From assembly GCA_977020255.1 (NCBI GenBank), contig CDROCS010004649.1, forward strand, positions 1 through 64,000: a stretch of 64,000 nt of DNA, written 5' to 3'. The translations under genes and the position numbers were made by a program. The notes beneath the pieces are model-generated. The model saw only the letters and a list, made by a program, of their open reading frames with translations. It did no database searches and had not been told where the DNA came from. Origin of the DNA: Obrimoposthia wandeli. Lineage: Eukaryota. Shown here one piece after another: positions 41,803 through 52,357 of this stretch (the first letter of the stretch is position 1; every line of letters begins with the position of its first letter).

Positions 41803-41963
41803 AGTGCCCATCCAGAACCGGGGCCGTTGCGAGGCTGATCCAATGGATCGAGATGGGTGTTACTAGATGTGGGCGTTTGGTTATTCCAAACAACTACATC
41901 TAGTAGCGATCAGATCAATCCAGTGGGACAGCCGCAGTAGGCAACTGTTTCTGGATGAGCACT
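41803..41963. mobile_element. 161-bp MITE-like element, copy 2
   Basis: agtgcccatccagaa...ttctggatgagcact; same length and orientation as 26480-26640. Confidence 0.85.
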
Positions 41964-42073
41964 AATTAGAGGGCTTACATTTCTTAACCGAACAGTAATG
42001 CTACTGTATTATACAGAAATTATTCTTCGCTGATTAACGAGTGGTGATTATTAATAAAGATTGTGACTGCTTT

Positions 42074-42106
42074 AATAGAGATGAATTAGGCGTAGCTTAA
42101 ATCATC
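42074..42106 (-). repeat. Solo inverted copy of the 34-bp purH-purD hairpin unit
   Basis: aatagagatgaattaggcgtagcttaaatcatc is the reverse complement of unit 3 with 1 insertion and 1 mismatch. Confidence 0.75.
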
Positions 42107-42466
42107 AAGGGCAAACTCCCCGATTAACGAGGAGAAGTCTCGCTACACGAGATGGTTTGGCTCGGGAATTTTAAATGCGTTTTTGACTAAAAAAACCACA
42201 ATAACAGTTAGAAACATAGCTTTTGATCCCATATATCAAAGGATAATCCAACAATGACTCATTTTTCTTGTGCTTGTTTAACAAAGATGTTTTTTTATAA
42301 ATTTTCTAGGTGAAAATTTATATTCTTGACCCATGTACTTTAAAGCCAATATGTATGAGGTGGATAGTCCCAAGTCTTCCCTCTTTGCTATGCTTGAGCT
42401 AATGGCAGTTATTGCAGGGTTGTTAGTTTGAATTACTCACCCATAGCCTCTTCTTCAAATAATAAT

Positions 42467-43791
42467 GGCTCTTCTCCGCTTTGTTGAGTGAGATTAGCCT
42501 TATGTAAAAAACATTGATTGATCATCTGGTAACGATGATTGGCGTATCTTCAGTTTGAAATGTTCCGTGTCCCTAATTCCCCTTGCTCGCTTGCAGATTA
42601 TACCAATGCTGACATTTCCTGCTTCTATTCTAGCGCTGGTTAGCTTGTGTTTCGCATAATTGCAGATACCCACTTGATGACGTCTCAGCGACTTGGAAAA
42701 CTTTTTAAGATAGAGCATATTTGATTCATCCGCTATCTGACACCACTCTTCTAGCCTTGTTTGCATTTCCTCATATGTTTCAGATTCCCATAAATCTTGA
42801 AGCTGTTCTTTCATGATATAGAGCGTGTTCAAGTTAGCGTTTTCACTGAGAAGAGCCTTTAGCTTTACTTCTTGTGAATCGGTCAGTTTATCTGCATTCT
42901 TTAGCACTAAATAATGCGTACCCTTTATCAATTATTTTTCTGCTTTATTGGCTTTCTAAACTCAATTCTGTGTTAATTACCTAGCGCTTTTTTGTAGTTT
43001 TGCATCACATGAAAACGATCAAAAACCATGTCAGCATTGGGTAAACTATCGCGCACTGATTTTTGATAAGACGGTCCCATGTCCATTGCTTCTATACCGG
43101 CGGCCGTCTCTCTTGTCAGCCCTCTAGAAATCCAGAGAAAACATCCGCAGTGCGTCCAGTCCCCACCCAAATCAAATGCCCTGCGACCATGTCGTAAACG
43201 ACCGTCATGTAATCATGTCCTTTTACTCTAGCAACCTCATCTACACCTATGTACTTCAAGTTTTTAAGCTCGCTAGGAACGAGGGCAGGAAGCGTTGATT
43301 GTAAGTGGTATTTATCAATATTTTTGACCGTTTCCCAGCGTACACTTAGATGACGAGAAACGGCCTGTATGCTCATATGACGATATAACCCACTGACCAG
43401 TTGGCAGAACCGCTTGGCACAGCGACTGCCTTTATAAACGAAATCACAAGACTCTATGCGCCGCTCGTTTTTGCTGATCCATACCTGTGCTAGCTCGATT
43501 TCTAAGGTGCAAGGTAACCCAAATAATGGAAGGTCTTAAACCGAACGTCGAACATATCGATTAATAGTACCCATGAGACCTGTTCGAAGGTCTATAGCCT
43601 TAAAACGTTTATCGCGATGGCAGTGAATAAGGCCTTTATTCAAGGCTTTATGATGTTCTATTTTATTGACGCGCTGGCCTTTAAGGGAAAAAATATCGTT
43701 CGGGTTACTGGTAGTCATGTATTTGTTATATGTAAAGTTGTGAGGAGGATGACTTGAATGAGCTATATGCTCAACTTCCAAGCATATAGCC
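42467..43791 (-). mobile_element. Degenerate ISL3-family insertion sequence (transposase in several fragments)
   Basis: Fragments 43536-43781, 43116-43376, 42973-43170 and 42500-42931 carry GVDE, MDMGPSY, FDRFHV and EAGN ISL3 motifs. Ends are GGCT..N12..GTTGAG imperfect IRs; no TSD found. Confidence 0.85.
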
Positions 43792-43845
43792 TAAGGGTTA
43801 GTTTTGGATTGTAAATAAACTTTGCGATAAGACCTCAAGCGTACA

Positions 43846-46179
43846 TTATTCAACCACTGCTTCTAAGGTATCTGCAAGAAACTTTTGTGTCTCACTAAGA
43901 GAAACAGGAGGAGAAATGAAGTAGCCTTGTATAATGTCGCATCGTAACTCTTCTAATAGATTCAGTGATTTTAAAGATTCTACACCTTCAGCCACGACAA
44001 CCATGTTTAGAGTGTGCGCCATGCCAATAATAGCTTGTACAATGGCTAGTGCGTCCGGCTCATCAACGATTTCTTTAATAAACATACGATCAATTTTTAA
44101 TGTATTGAATGGAAAGCGCCGTAAATATGACATTGCGGAATACCCAGTCCCAAAATCATCCAATGCTATATTAATATCTAACGCTTGTAGTTGATGCAAT
44201 ATACCCAGCATTGTTTTAGCGTCGTTAAGTAATACAGATTCTGTGATTTCCAGTTCTAATCTATGCGGTTGTATGTTGTGTTTTGCTAATATTTTTTTGA
44301 CGGCTGGAAGCAATTGATCTGTTAGTTGCAATGCAGAAACATTTACCGCAATACTAACTGCATCTGGCCAAAAACTGGCTTGATAACAGGCTTCGTTCAA
44401 TACCCATAGGCCAATTTCTTCAATAAAACAGCATTTTTCTGCCACTGGAATAAAAATTTCTGGAGATATATTACCTAACTCAGGGTGTTCCCAGCGAACT
44501 AATGCTTCAAAGCTAACAACAGCTTTTGAATTGAGTTGATACTTGGGTTGATAGACAATATAGAGTTGCTCTTTTATTAACGCGTCTTGTAATGCATGCT
44601 CAAGCTTAAGGCGTTCGTTCAACTCTGTTCTCATAGATTGTGTAAAACAGCGTAACTGACCTTGGCCATCTGCTTTTCCAGCATACAAAGCCAAATCGGC
44701 ATTCTTGAGGACAGTATCGGGAGTTTCACCATCCGTTGGTGCATAGGACACTCCTATGCAGGCATTGATAGGGATAATCGCCCCCTCTATTTTAGTAGGA
44801 ATCTGTAAAGCTTGGAGAGTTTCTCGGGCAAAGCAAATAGCTTCTTCAGGTTGGTTTAAATAACGTAAAATAATGCCAAACTCATCACCCCCTATACGTG
44901 CTACTAAATCCTGCTGGCGTGCTTGGTTTTGTAAACGCTGTCCAATAACACTCAAAAGCGTATCACCTGCATTGTGCCCCATTGTATCATTTACTGATTT
45001 AAATCCATCTAAATCAATACATAAGACAGCACCTAGCCACTTACCTTTATTCACCTCGTTAATCATGTCTTCAAGCTCTTCCTGAAAACGATGACGGTTA
45101 GCTAAGCCTGTAACTGCATCGTAATGCGCTAGTTGCCAAACATTTTGTTGCGCCATATGGGTTACTGTAATATCAGAAATAACGCCACGCCAGCCATCAT
45201 CAGGTAATTTTTTAGCAGTAAAAGACCACCACAATATATGCCCATTTATAGACAGTGGTAGTTTAATATCACGAAATCCTTCAACACCTTTTAGTGACAT
45301 ACTCAAACTTTGAAAAGAAGAAAAAGCTTCATCTTGTAATGAATTGGGTAGAGCTGTTTGATATTTAGCAATAGATGATAATAAATTTATGTTTTTCAAA
45401 CTGCCTTTTGTAATACAAAATAACTCGGACAGTTTATTTGATACGTTGCGTAATTTTATGTCGTTGTCGGTTTCCCAAAGTACATCAGCCGAATGCTTTT
45501 CGAAATCATTTAATAATAAACTAATTACTTGGCGTTGTTGTACTTCCTGCAACTCTGAAATAACGCGAGCTTTAAATGTATCTGCTGCATTAATCACACT
45601 GAAAACGACAGTTAAAACATAGGTAATGAGTAAAAGTACCATGGGTAATGCTGATAACATGTCAGACATTAAAAGGCCTATAACAGAGCCTAACCCAAGT
45701 GTGACAGGGAAAACTATACCTGCACCACGAATAGCAGAAAGAGCGAAGCCCCCTGCGCAAATCATTCCTACAACAATGGTGCTTAACAACACTTGTTGCT
45801 CAGGTAATGCCGATGGTAATAAACAGATAGGCAAAGCAGCCCAAACCGCTGCTAATATAAAGGCTTGTCGCACAGCCACACGAGCACCACGCTTAGAGAC
45901 ATGAGTTGGTGGAGTATTATTATAAAACTTATACCAACTACGCATGGCTGTTAACATTAGTAGAATGATTATAGTTGCCCAAACCAATAGCGTCGTGTGA
46001 GATTCAAATTGCCAAAATACAGAGCAAATAACAATAACATTCAAAGTATTTACGAATGCAGTTAACGGGGTTAAACGGACAATTGATTGAATTTGCATTG
46101 CTCGAACTTGAGATTCAATATCTTCTGTCAACTCAGGTGTATTTTGCACGATATGCTCCGTAGATATATGTTTTGTCAC
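43846..46179 (-). CDS. Membrane-anchored GGDEF-EAL c-di-GMP enzyme with PAS-like linker
   Basis: About 5-6 TM helices, intact GGDEF, EAL and DDFGTGYS motifs. Confidence 0.92.
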   Translation of the reverse strand: MTKHISTEHIVQNTPELTEDIESQVRAMQIQSIVRLTPLTAFVNTLNVIVICSVFWQFESHTTLLVWATIIILLMLTAMRSWYKFYNNTPPTHVSKRGARVAVRQAFILAAVWAALPICLLPSALPEQQVLLSTIVVGMICAGGFALSAIRGAGIVFPVTLGLGSVIGLLMSDMLSALPMVLLLITYVLTVVFSVINAADTFKARVISELQEVQQRQVISLLLNDFEKHSADVLWETDNDIKLRNVSNKLSELFCITKGSLKNINLLSSIAKYQTALPNSLQDEAFSSFQSLSMSLKGVEGFRDIKLPLSINGHILWWSFTAKKLPDDGWRGVISDITVTHMAQQNVWQLAHYDAVTGLANRHRFQEELEDMINEVNKGKWLGAVLCIDLDGFKSVNDTMGHNAGDTLLSVIGQRLQNQARQQDLVARIGGDEFGIILRYLNQPEEAICFARETLQALQIPTKIEGAIIPINACIGVSYAPTDGETPDTVLKNADLALYAGKADGQGQLRCFTQSMRTELNERLKLEHALQDALIKEQLYIVYQPKYQLNSKAVVSFEALVRWEHPELGNISPEIFIPVAEKCCFIEEIGLWVLNEACYQASFWPDAVSIAVNVSALQLTDQLLPAVKKILAKHNIQPHRLELEITESVLLNDAKTMLGILHQLQALDINIALDDFGTGYSAMSYLRRFPFNTLKIDRMFIKEIVDEPDALAIVQAIIGMAHTLNMVVVAEGVESLKSLNLLEELRCDIIQGYFISPPVSLSETQKFLADTLEAVVE

Positions 46180-46639
46180 AACATTAGAGATTATCCAAAA
46201 TTCATACTTCTAAGGATTATAACGAAGAGGTGACCCTGAATAATCTAGCATAAAGTGATTAATCTATTATGAATTTGTTTAATTGAGATTGTTTACATTA
46301 TAAAACAGAAAAAATAACAATTAACTGAAAAACTAATAATGAGGAACCGGCCGCTAGTTCTTCACGGTAAAAAAGGCAGGAAATGACATAAAGCTGTCGT
46401 TTTAATTGATCTTTTAACAGTCGATTGGAGAGCTAAATATGTGCCTAGAATACTGGGGTTTACTATTGTGTTTCTAACGGCAAAAATAGCTAGCTCCTTT
46501 ATGAAGAGCAAGTGAAGCCAACTTTTATGCTTTTGTTCTCTATTACATAGTATGTTTTTATAAAGCCTTAACCGGCAGATACATCTCTACATTATGCAGC
46601 TACCGTGAGTGTTATTCAGGATCGTTTAGATGATTATTA

Positions 46640-46760
46640 CAGTAGTATCCACCATCGCCTGGTTGGCACCCGCTTTCTGGCAAGTAATGATTAAAAACCT
46701 TCTCCCAAGCCTGACTAGCGGTGTTTTTCAAGGTAGTTGCTACCTTTCAGGCTTATCCTT
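46640..46760 (-). pseudogene. Possible GyrI-like effector-domain remnant
   Basis: Minus-strand translation SQAWEKVFNHYLPESGCQPGDG resembles GyrI-like W..I...WLP.SGY.P.DG; surrounded by stops. Confidence 0.3.
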
Positions 46761-46894
46761 TATTCTTGCTCGTTAAAAAATTGAACATTCTGTATTAATC
46801 CACGAAACTTTGTTGCCCAACCGAAATATAAATAAAATTAAAAATCACTGCTATAGTTATCTATGAGGTCTTCGCATTAAGTTCTTAAGAAACG

Positions 46895-47280
46895 AATGCA
46901 ACGGTGAAGCTTTTTCAAACCTGTTATTAGACAAATATTCGAAACGATTAACAAATGGCTTGAGAGTCTGAGGTATTACTCAAAGAAGGTCGTTCAATAG
47001 ATTCGACAATTATCGAAGCCCCATCATCAACTAAAAATAAACGTGACTCAAAGATGCACCAAACAAGCAAAGAAAGGCCATCAGTGACACTTTGGGATGA
47101 AAACGCATATTGGTGCCGATGTTAAATCGGGATTTACTCATACATTTACAGCGACAGCCAACGAGCATGATTTAAACCACGCTCATCATATGCTACATGG
47201 CGAAGAGGATTATGTTTTGCTGACTCTGGATGTAATGGAGAACACAAGCGAGAAAAATTAAACGATACAAATTTATGGCT
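46895..47280 (+). pseudogene. IS5-family transposase remnant
   Basis: Frameshifted peptides [35 protein letters not shown] and [20 protein letters not shown]. Confidence 0.8.
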
Positions 47281-47384
47281 AAAGAAGCTATACACTGTAA
47301 ATTTTATGACTTAATCACTACTTTCCTAGGATTTTGTCGATGGTGATCATCAAAAAATCACGATGTTAGTTCAATAGTTTTTTA

Positions 47385-48629
47385 TTGGGTATTGTTTTAG
47401 GGAGGGGTATGAAGTATTCAATTCTATTTGTAGATGATGATAAAAATGTCGTGAATGCTTATAAACGAAATTTACGTAAGTATTTTGATGTCCACACAGC
47501 TATTAGTGGAGCACAAGCATTAGACCTGATTAAACAAAATCATAACTATGCCGTGATAATTTCAGATATGCAAATGCCTAATATGAACGGCATTGAGTTT
47601 CTTATACTTGCAAAAAAAATGAGTAAGAATAGTGTCCGTATAATGTTAACAGGTAACGCGGATCAAAAAACAGCAATTGACGCTATTAATCAAGGAAACA
47701 TATTCAGGTTTGTTAATAAACCTTGTAGTCCGGAGCAAATGTTAGAGATTTTAAAAACAGCGATAAATCATTACACGTCAACCACAGCAGAACCAGAGTT
47801 ACTTAAAACCACCACATCAAGGAAAGATTGTAATAAGCTAAATTCTAGTAAAATTAGCGAACCGGCTCTTGAACAGCTTGAAATAGAAAATGAAATGAGA
47901 GCTGCATTAGCAAATAATGAATTTTCACTTAACTATCAACCCAAAATAGACCCCAAAGATGGCCTGTGTAAAGGAGCTGAAGCATTAATTCGCTGGAACC
48001 ATCCTAGTAAAGGATTTATATCACCCAGTGTTTTTATTCCTATTGCAGAAAACAGTGATTTAATTATTCAAATAGGGTATTGGGTGCGAGAAGCTGTTTT
48101 TAAACAGATAGCTATATGGAGTATGAAAGGCCTACCTTTATGTAAAATTTCGATCAACGTATCCGGCATAGAGTTTAAAAATAATATAGTCCAAGATCAT
48201 TTAAAGTTATTATTGCATAAATACAAAATACCTCCGGAATATGTTGAACTTGAAATAACGGAAGGAACCCTAATGGAATATAACTCCAAGGATTTTGACA
48301 GCTGGGAGTTTATCCGCAGCTTGGGTATTAATTTGTCTATTGATGATTTTGGTACTGGATACTGCTCTTTCAGCTATTTAATAAAATTTCCTGTCAATAC
48401 TATAAAAATTGATCGGATGTTCATAGCTAATATTATAGATAATGAGCGCAATAGCTCTATTGTTAAAGCGATAATAACAATGGCTCATAGTCTCGGAATG
48501 ACAGTTGTTGCTGAAGGGGTAGAAACTCAACAGCAAAAAAATATGCTACTGGTTAATCAGTGTAACCTGATACAAGGTTATTATTACAGCCGTCCGCTAC
48601 CTGTTCAAGAGTTTGAAAAATATTTTTAA
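47385..48629 (+). CDS. Response regulator with REC domain fused directly to an EAL phosphodiesterase
   Basis: LFVDDD, ISDMQMP, MLTG, KP in REC; EAL and DDFGTGY; no GGDEF. Confidence 0.9.
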   Translation: MGIVLGRGMKYSILFVDDDKNVVNAYKRNLRKYFDVHTAISGAQALDLIKQNHNYAVIISDMQMPNMNGIEFLILAKKMSKNSVRIMLTGNADQKTAIDAINQGNIFRFVNKPCSPEQMLEILKTAINHYTSTTAEPELLKTTTSRKDCNKLNSSKISEPALEQLEIENEMRAALANNEFSLNYQPKIDPKDGLCKGAEALIRWNHPSKGFISPSVFIPIAENSDLIIQIGYWVREAVFKQIAIWSMKGLPLCKISINVSGIEFKNNIVQDHLKLLLHKYKIPPEYVELEITEGTLMEYNSKDFDSWEFIRSLGINLSIDDFGTGYCSFSYLIKFPVNTIKIDRMFIANIIDNERNSSIVKAIITMAHSLGMTVVAEGVETQQQKNMLLVNQCNLIQGYYYSRPLPVQEFEKYF

Positions 48630-48646
48630 TTATCACAACTTCGAAC

Positions 48647-48790
48647 TTTACTACTAAAGAAGTGGGAAAAGGAACAGGTCAAGGCTTGCCCCTAGTTTAT
48701 CCTGTTATTGTAGAAAAGCATGAAGGCAAATTTTCAGTGGATTCTACCCCTAGTATAGAGATCACTATGACAATTGAATTACCGTTCTAA
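48647..48790 (+). pseudogene. C-terminal remnant of a sensor histidine kinase HATPase domain
   Basis: Unannotated frame FTTKEVGKGTGQGLPLVYPVIVEKHEGKFSVDSTP...IELPF* (F and G2 boxes). Confidence 0.75.
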
Positions 48791-49377
48791 ATAATTGATG
48801 TAAGTCGTTTATGGGGGTTTGTTCCCATCTCCTCGAAATCAGAGATTAATTTAATATTCGAGTCAAAAACTTTAAATTTACGCTAAACACATAAATCATT
48901 GAAAAACTAACGAACTTAAAAATCAGTAGGTAAATTTATTTATTATACGCGATGGTAAACGGTGTTTTTTTGGTCGTAAGCATTCTATTGATAGAGTTAA
49001 GTACTATCTAAAAAAGGTAATATTTCATCTAATGCGGATTTTTAGAAAATGCCCCCTATTGTTTCATGAGCGAGGCCTTAAATAAGAGTTAAGGTATCTG
49101 CACTAGTTAAAAACACCTACAACTGTAATGTACAAAGTGGAAGGGACTTTCCAATGGATTTTGTTAATACATTGGCCGAAAGAAATTTTCGAATGGCACT
49201 ATCTAACCATGAGGTGGTTTACTACTAAATTCGTTATCACAGATAAGGGAGTTTGCTAAATAGGGATCAACAACTAAGCTATATATAGGCATCTAATTGA
49301 AATAAATAAGCCGCACTGTCGTTTAACCTTCTATCTAATGAACGATTAACATGAATAAGTCAATGGAGTAACTTTAA

Positions 49378-50304
49378 ATGCAAATTCTAGTTGTGGATGA
49401 CTCTAGACTAATACGAGAGATGGTCGGTGCAATCATTGCGGCAGAAGGGTATATTCCTTACAAGGGAGAAAATGCGAAGCAAGCATTGAATATACTCAAA
49501 GAAGTTGATATAGACCTGATTCTAATGGATGTAGAAATGCCAGATGTTAATGGTTTTGAATTAACAAAAATTATTAGAGAGGCTCAAGAAGAATGGATTC
49601 CTATTATATTTCTTTCTGGTCAAACGACTGATGCGCACTTAAGTCAGGGAATTGACGCTGGAGGGGATGACTATATACTAAAGCCAGTAAGTAGCATTGT
49701 ACTGTCAGCAAAAATTCGCGCTATGGCCCGTATATCCAAAATGAAGGCAGATTTGGATGAAGCCAACCATAATTTATTAAAACTCACACATTTAGATCCT
49801 CTGACAGAGACAGTTAACCGCCGTGGTTTAGATGAGTCACTTAAGCGTTATTTACGAATGAGCTTACGAGATAAAACCGTACTTAGTTTAATTTTTATCG
49901 ATATCGATCATTTCAAACTTTACAATGACAATTATGGTCACCAACAAGGGGATGATTGTCTGCGTAAGTTTTGTAAAGTGATTGAACAGGTATTACACCG
50001 CCCATTAGATATGCTGGCGCGGTTTGGTGGTGAAGAGTTTGTGGTTTTATTACCCCAAACTGCATCAGATGGGGCTGAATTGATTTGCAAAGATATTATT
50101 ACAGCGCTGGCCACCACTAATATTGAGCATAAGTACTCCAACACTAAACCATATTTGACTGCAAGTTTAGGAGTATCTACAACGGATGATGGCGCCAGAG
50201 AGAGCAAGCTATTATTAGAACAAGCTGACAAAGCACTATATCAAGCGAAACATAGCGGGCGAAACAAGTGGGTTTGTTATACCGATACTTATTCGATTAG
50301 TTGA
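49378..50304 (+). CDS. REC-GGDEF diguanylate cyclase response regulator
   Basis: VVDD, LMDVEMP, DDYILKP; DIDHFK.YND.YGH, RFGGEEF. Confidence 0.93.
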   Translation: MQILVVDDSRLIREMVGAIIAAEGYIPYKGENAKQALNILKEVDIDLILMDVEMPDVNGFELTKIIREAQEEWIPIIFLSGQTTDAHLSQGIDAGGDDYILKPVSSIVLSAKIRAMARISKMKADLDEANHNLLKLTHLDPLTETVNRRGLDESLKRYLRMSLRDKTVLSLIFIDIDHFKLYNDNYGHQQGDDCLRKFCKVIEQVLHRPLDMLARFGGEEFVVLLPQTASDGAELICKDIITALATTNIEHKYSNTKPYLTASLGVSTTDDGARESKLLLEQADKALYQAKHSGRNKWVCYTDTYSIS

Positions 50305-50420
50305 AATTTAATCTAGTACTATTCACTAGAAGAGTCTTAATTTTCTCGATTTTCGGTCTCTTCAAATTATTTTGTAATACGATATTTTTGCTTAATTCAC
50401 AATAATCAGTCGGGTGTAAT

Positions 50421-50914
50421 TCACTCACAAACCACTTCAACACCTGTACCATCTTTTGTATAATTGATTGATTCACACAATTCAGAAACAAGTTGCCCTC
50501 GCCCTGAAAACATACTTTTATGGCTAACATTATTAAAAGTTAGCCTGGATTTATGATCAAATCTATCACCACTATCGTCAATTCATACTTGTAACCACCC
50601 ATTTCACCCGCTTGTTTTTGCGTTTCCAATACGCCGTCGTTGACCAATAAAACATGTTCATCTGGTGATAGAGTATACAACTCAAATACCACCTCATTCA
50701 TATGTGGCAATATATCGATAAGCGAGTGGATTGAAGCAATGCCTTTTAACCATTTCCCATTAGAGACAATGATGACATCTCGAGTTCTGTCATTCCAAAC
50801 TCTGGCTCTGCCACCAATGCCACAATTGCAGTAGCAAGAAATAGCCTGTAGGTAATAAACGCTGTAATTTACGGTTAACTTGGACAACAATCTCTTCAGC
50901 ATCGAAGCCTTCAA
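50421..50914 (-). pseudogene. Decayed PP2C(SpoIIE)-GHKL partner-switch gene (CrsR-like)
   Basis: LSPDEHVLLVNDGVLE..QAGEMGG and LTIVVIDL (PP2C-like), then in another frame FSGRGQLVSELCESINY..DGTGVEVVCE* (anti-sigma GHKL C-terminus). Confidence 0.6.
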
Positions 50915-51181
50915 CTGTCATCGCTCAAAACGTTTCTCAAAGCGGTAGCCTAAAAATGATGCAGCCCTTCTAGTAACATATTCAAATCACCGTTGCAGCG
51001 ATAAGCTGTCAATTGCACATCCCCACTAAAAGCTTCTGCTGGTTGTTTATGAATATTACTTAAGATGTAAGTTCACTAGAGCAAAAAGTAACTAGAATGC
51101 CTCACTTCGAAAAGTGCAGCCAGGTGTAGCAAAGAGGGTTGGGCCGGGATTTTTATTAAACCCTTGTAAATAACCAGAAAA

Positions 51182-52357
51182 TTAAAACAGCTCCACCTCA
51201 CCTTCATCCATGCTACTTTGTTCAACTCGGCGTGTTACATTGCGTTGTGTTGTCTCATTACGTAGATTTTCACACCGTTGAACACAAGCCAAAACAGCTT
51301 CATTGTTAACCTTTCCATCAGGTGTTGCTATATTGTTTATGTGTAAAGCAATCTCATTCAAAGATGTGACATTATGCTCCACTGAACTCAACGCTTGTGA
51401 CACCATATCTTCAAACTGAAGGGAGCGAACTGCGCTATCAACACAAACATCAATCTGATCACCTATTTGAGAAGCTTCTTTCACTTTACCATCCATGATG
51501 TCACTGACTTTAATCATATGATCCATCATTTTATTCATCTTCTCTTTGGCGACAATAGTGTCATTCATATCATTTGAAGCGATGTCATCTACTGTGCTAC
51601 GTAACACACTGATCACCTCTTTTGCTGTACTTACATTTCCTCTAGTCTGACTATTCAAATTTGCTGAATTAAGAGACAAGGACCGTACCTCAGCCGCAAC
51701 CTCGGCGAAGCCACAACCCGCTCCACCAGCTCTAGCTGATTCTATACTTGCATTTAACGCTAGCAGGTTAGTTTGGCTTGTCAAACCTTGTTCGTTTTGT
51801 ATTAAATCAAAAATAACATCTAACTTTTCTACCATGTCGTCAATATAATTTACTGTTTGAAGGCTGTGTTTACTGACATGGGCCATAACATTTACCAACT
51901 GCTCGAGAATTACCCCTGTTTCATCTATAAACTTTTGAAGATTAAACGCCTCTTCATCAGATTCGTTATCTTGTTTGGCTCCATTGCTTTGAGAAACCAT
52001 TTCAGCGGTCAATGCACCTTGCCGACTAGTTAAATCATGCATAGCGTTAAAACTGTCCCACATCAAGGCGACAGCATCTTTAACTATCCCATCGACACGT
52101 ACGATTTCCTGATTGATCACCATCGATTCATGTACCAGTGTAGAAGAGATTTCACTTACTGCCACATAAACAGCTTTTTCAGAAAGTGTGTCAACCTCTT
52201 GCTCTATATCTTTTTTTGTTATGTACATTGCCAGTATCACTACAAACAACACAGCGATACAGACCCAGTTAACAATGCCAACAAGATCAATTGCTTGCGA
52301 TATAGCCATTACAACGGTCACCAACAGCGCTACATTCAACAGCCTATTGTTCATCAT
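51182..52357 (-). CDS. Small McpA-like methyl-accepting chemotaxis protein with a degenerate signalling tip
   Basis: Two N-terminal TM helices, [18 protein letters not shown]-terminal GEVELF. Confidence 0.85.
   Translation of the reverse strand: MMNNRLLNVALLVTVVMAISQAIDLVGIVNWVCIAVLFVVILAMYITKKDIEQEVDTLSEKAVYVAVSEISSTLVHESMVINQEIVRVDGIVKDAVALMWDSFNAMHDLTSRQGALTAEMVSQSNGAKQDNESDEEAFNLQKFIDETGVILEQLVNVMAHVSKHSLQTVNYIDDMVEKLDVIFDLIQNEQGLTSQTNLLALNASIESARAGGAGCGFAEVAAEVRSLSLNSANLNSQTRGNVSTAKEVISVLRSTVDDIASNDMNDTIVAKEKMNKMMDHMIKVSDIMDGKVKEASQIGDQIDVCVDSAVRSLQFEDMVSQALSSVEHNVTSLNEIALHINNIATPDGKVNNEAVLACVQRCENLRNETTQRNVTRRVEQSSMDEGEVELF

Noticed and set aside
42108-42170. Possible c-di-GMP-I riboswitch (GGGCAAAC followed by a hairpin)
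   Set aside because: Lacks the GAAA tetraloop, the GACGCAAAG junction and the P3 receptor motif.
46660-46690. GCACCCGCTT match to the arm of the RloC-flanking palindrome
   Set aside because: Only 10 bp, no second arm, and it is explained by the PESGCQ codons of the putative GyrI-like remnant.
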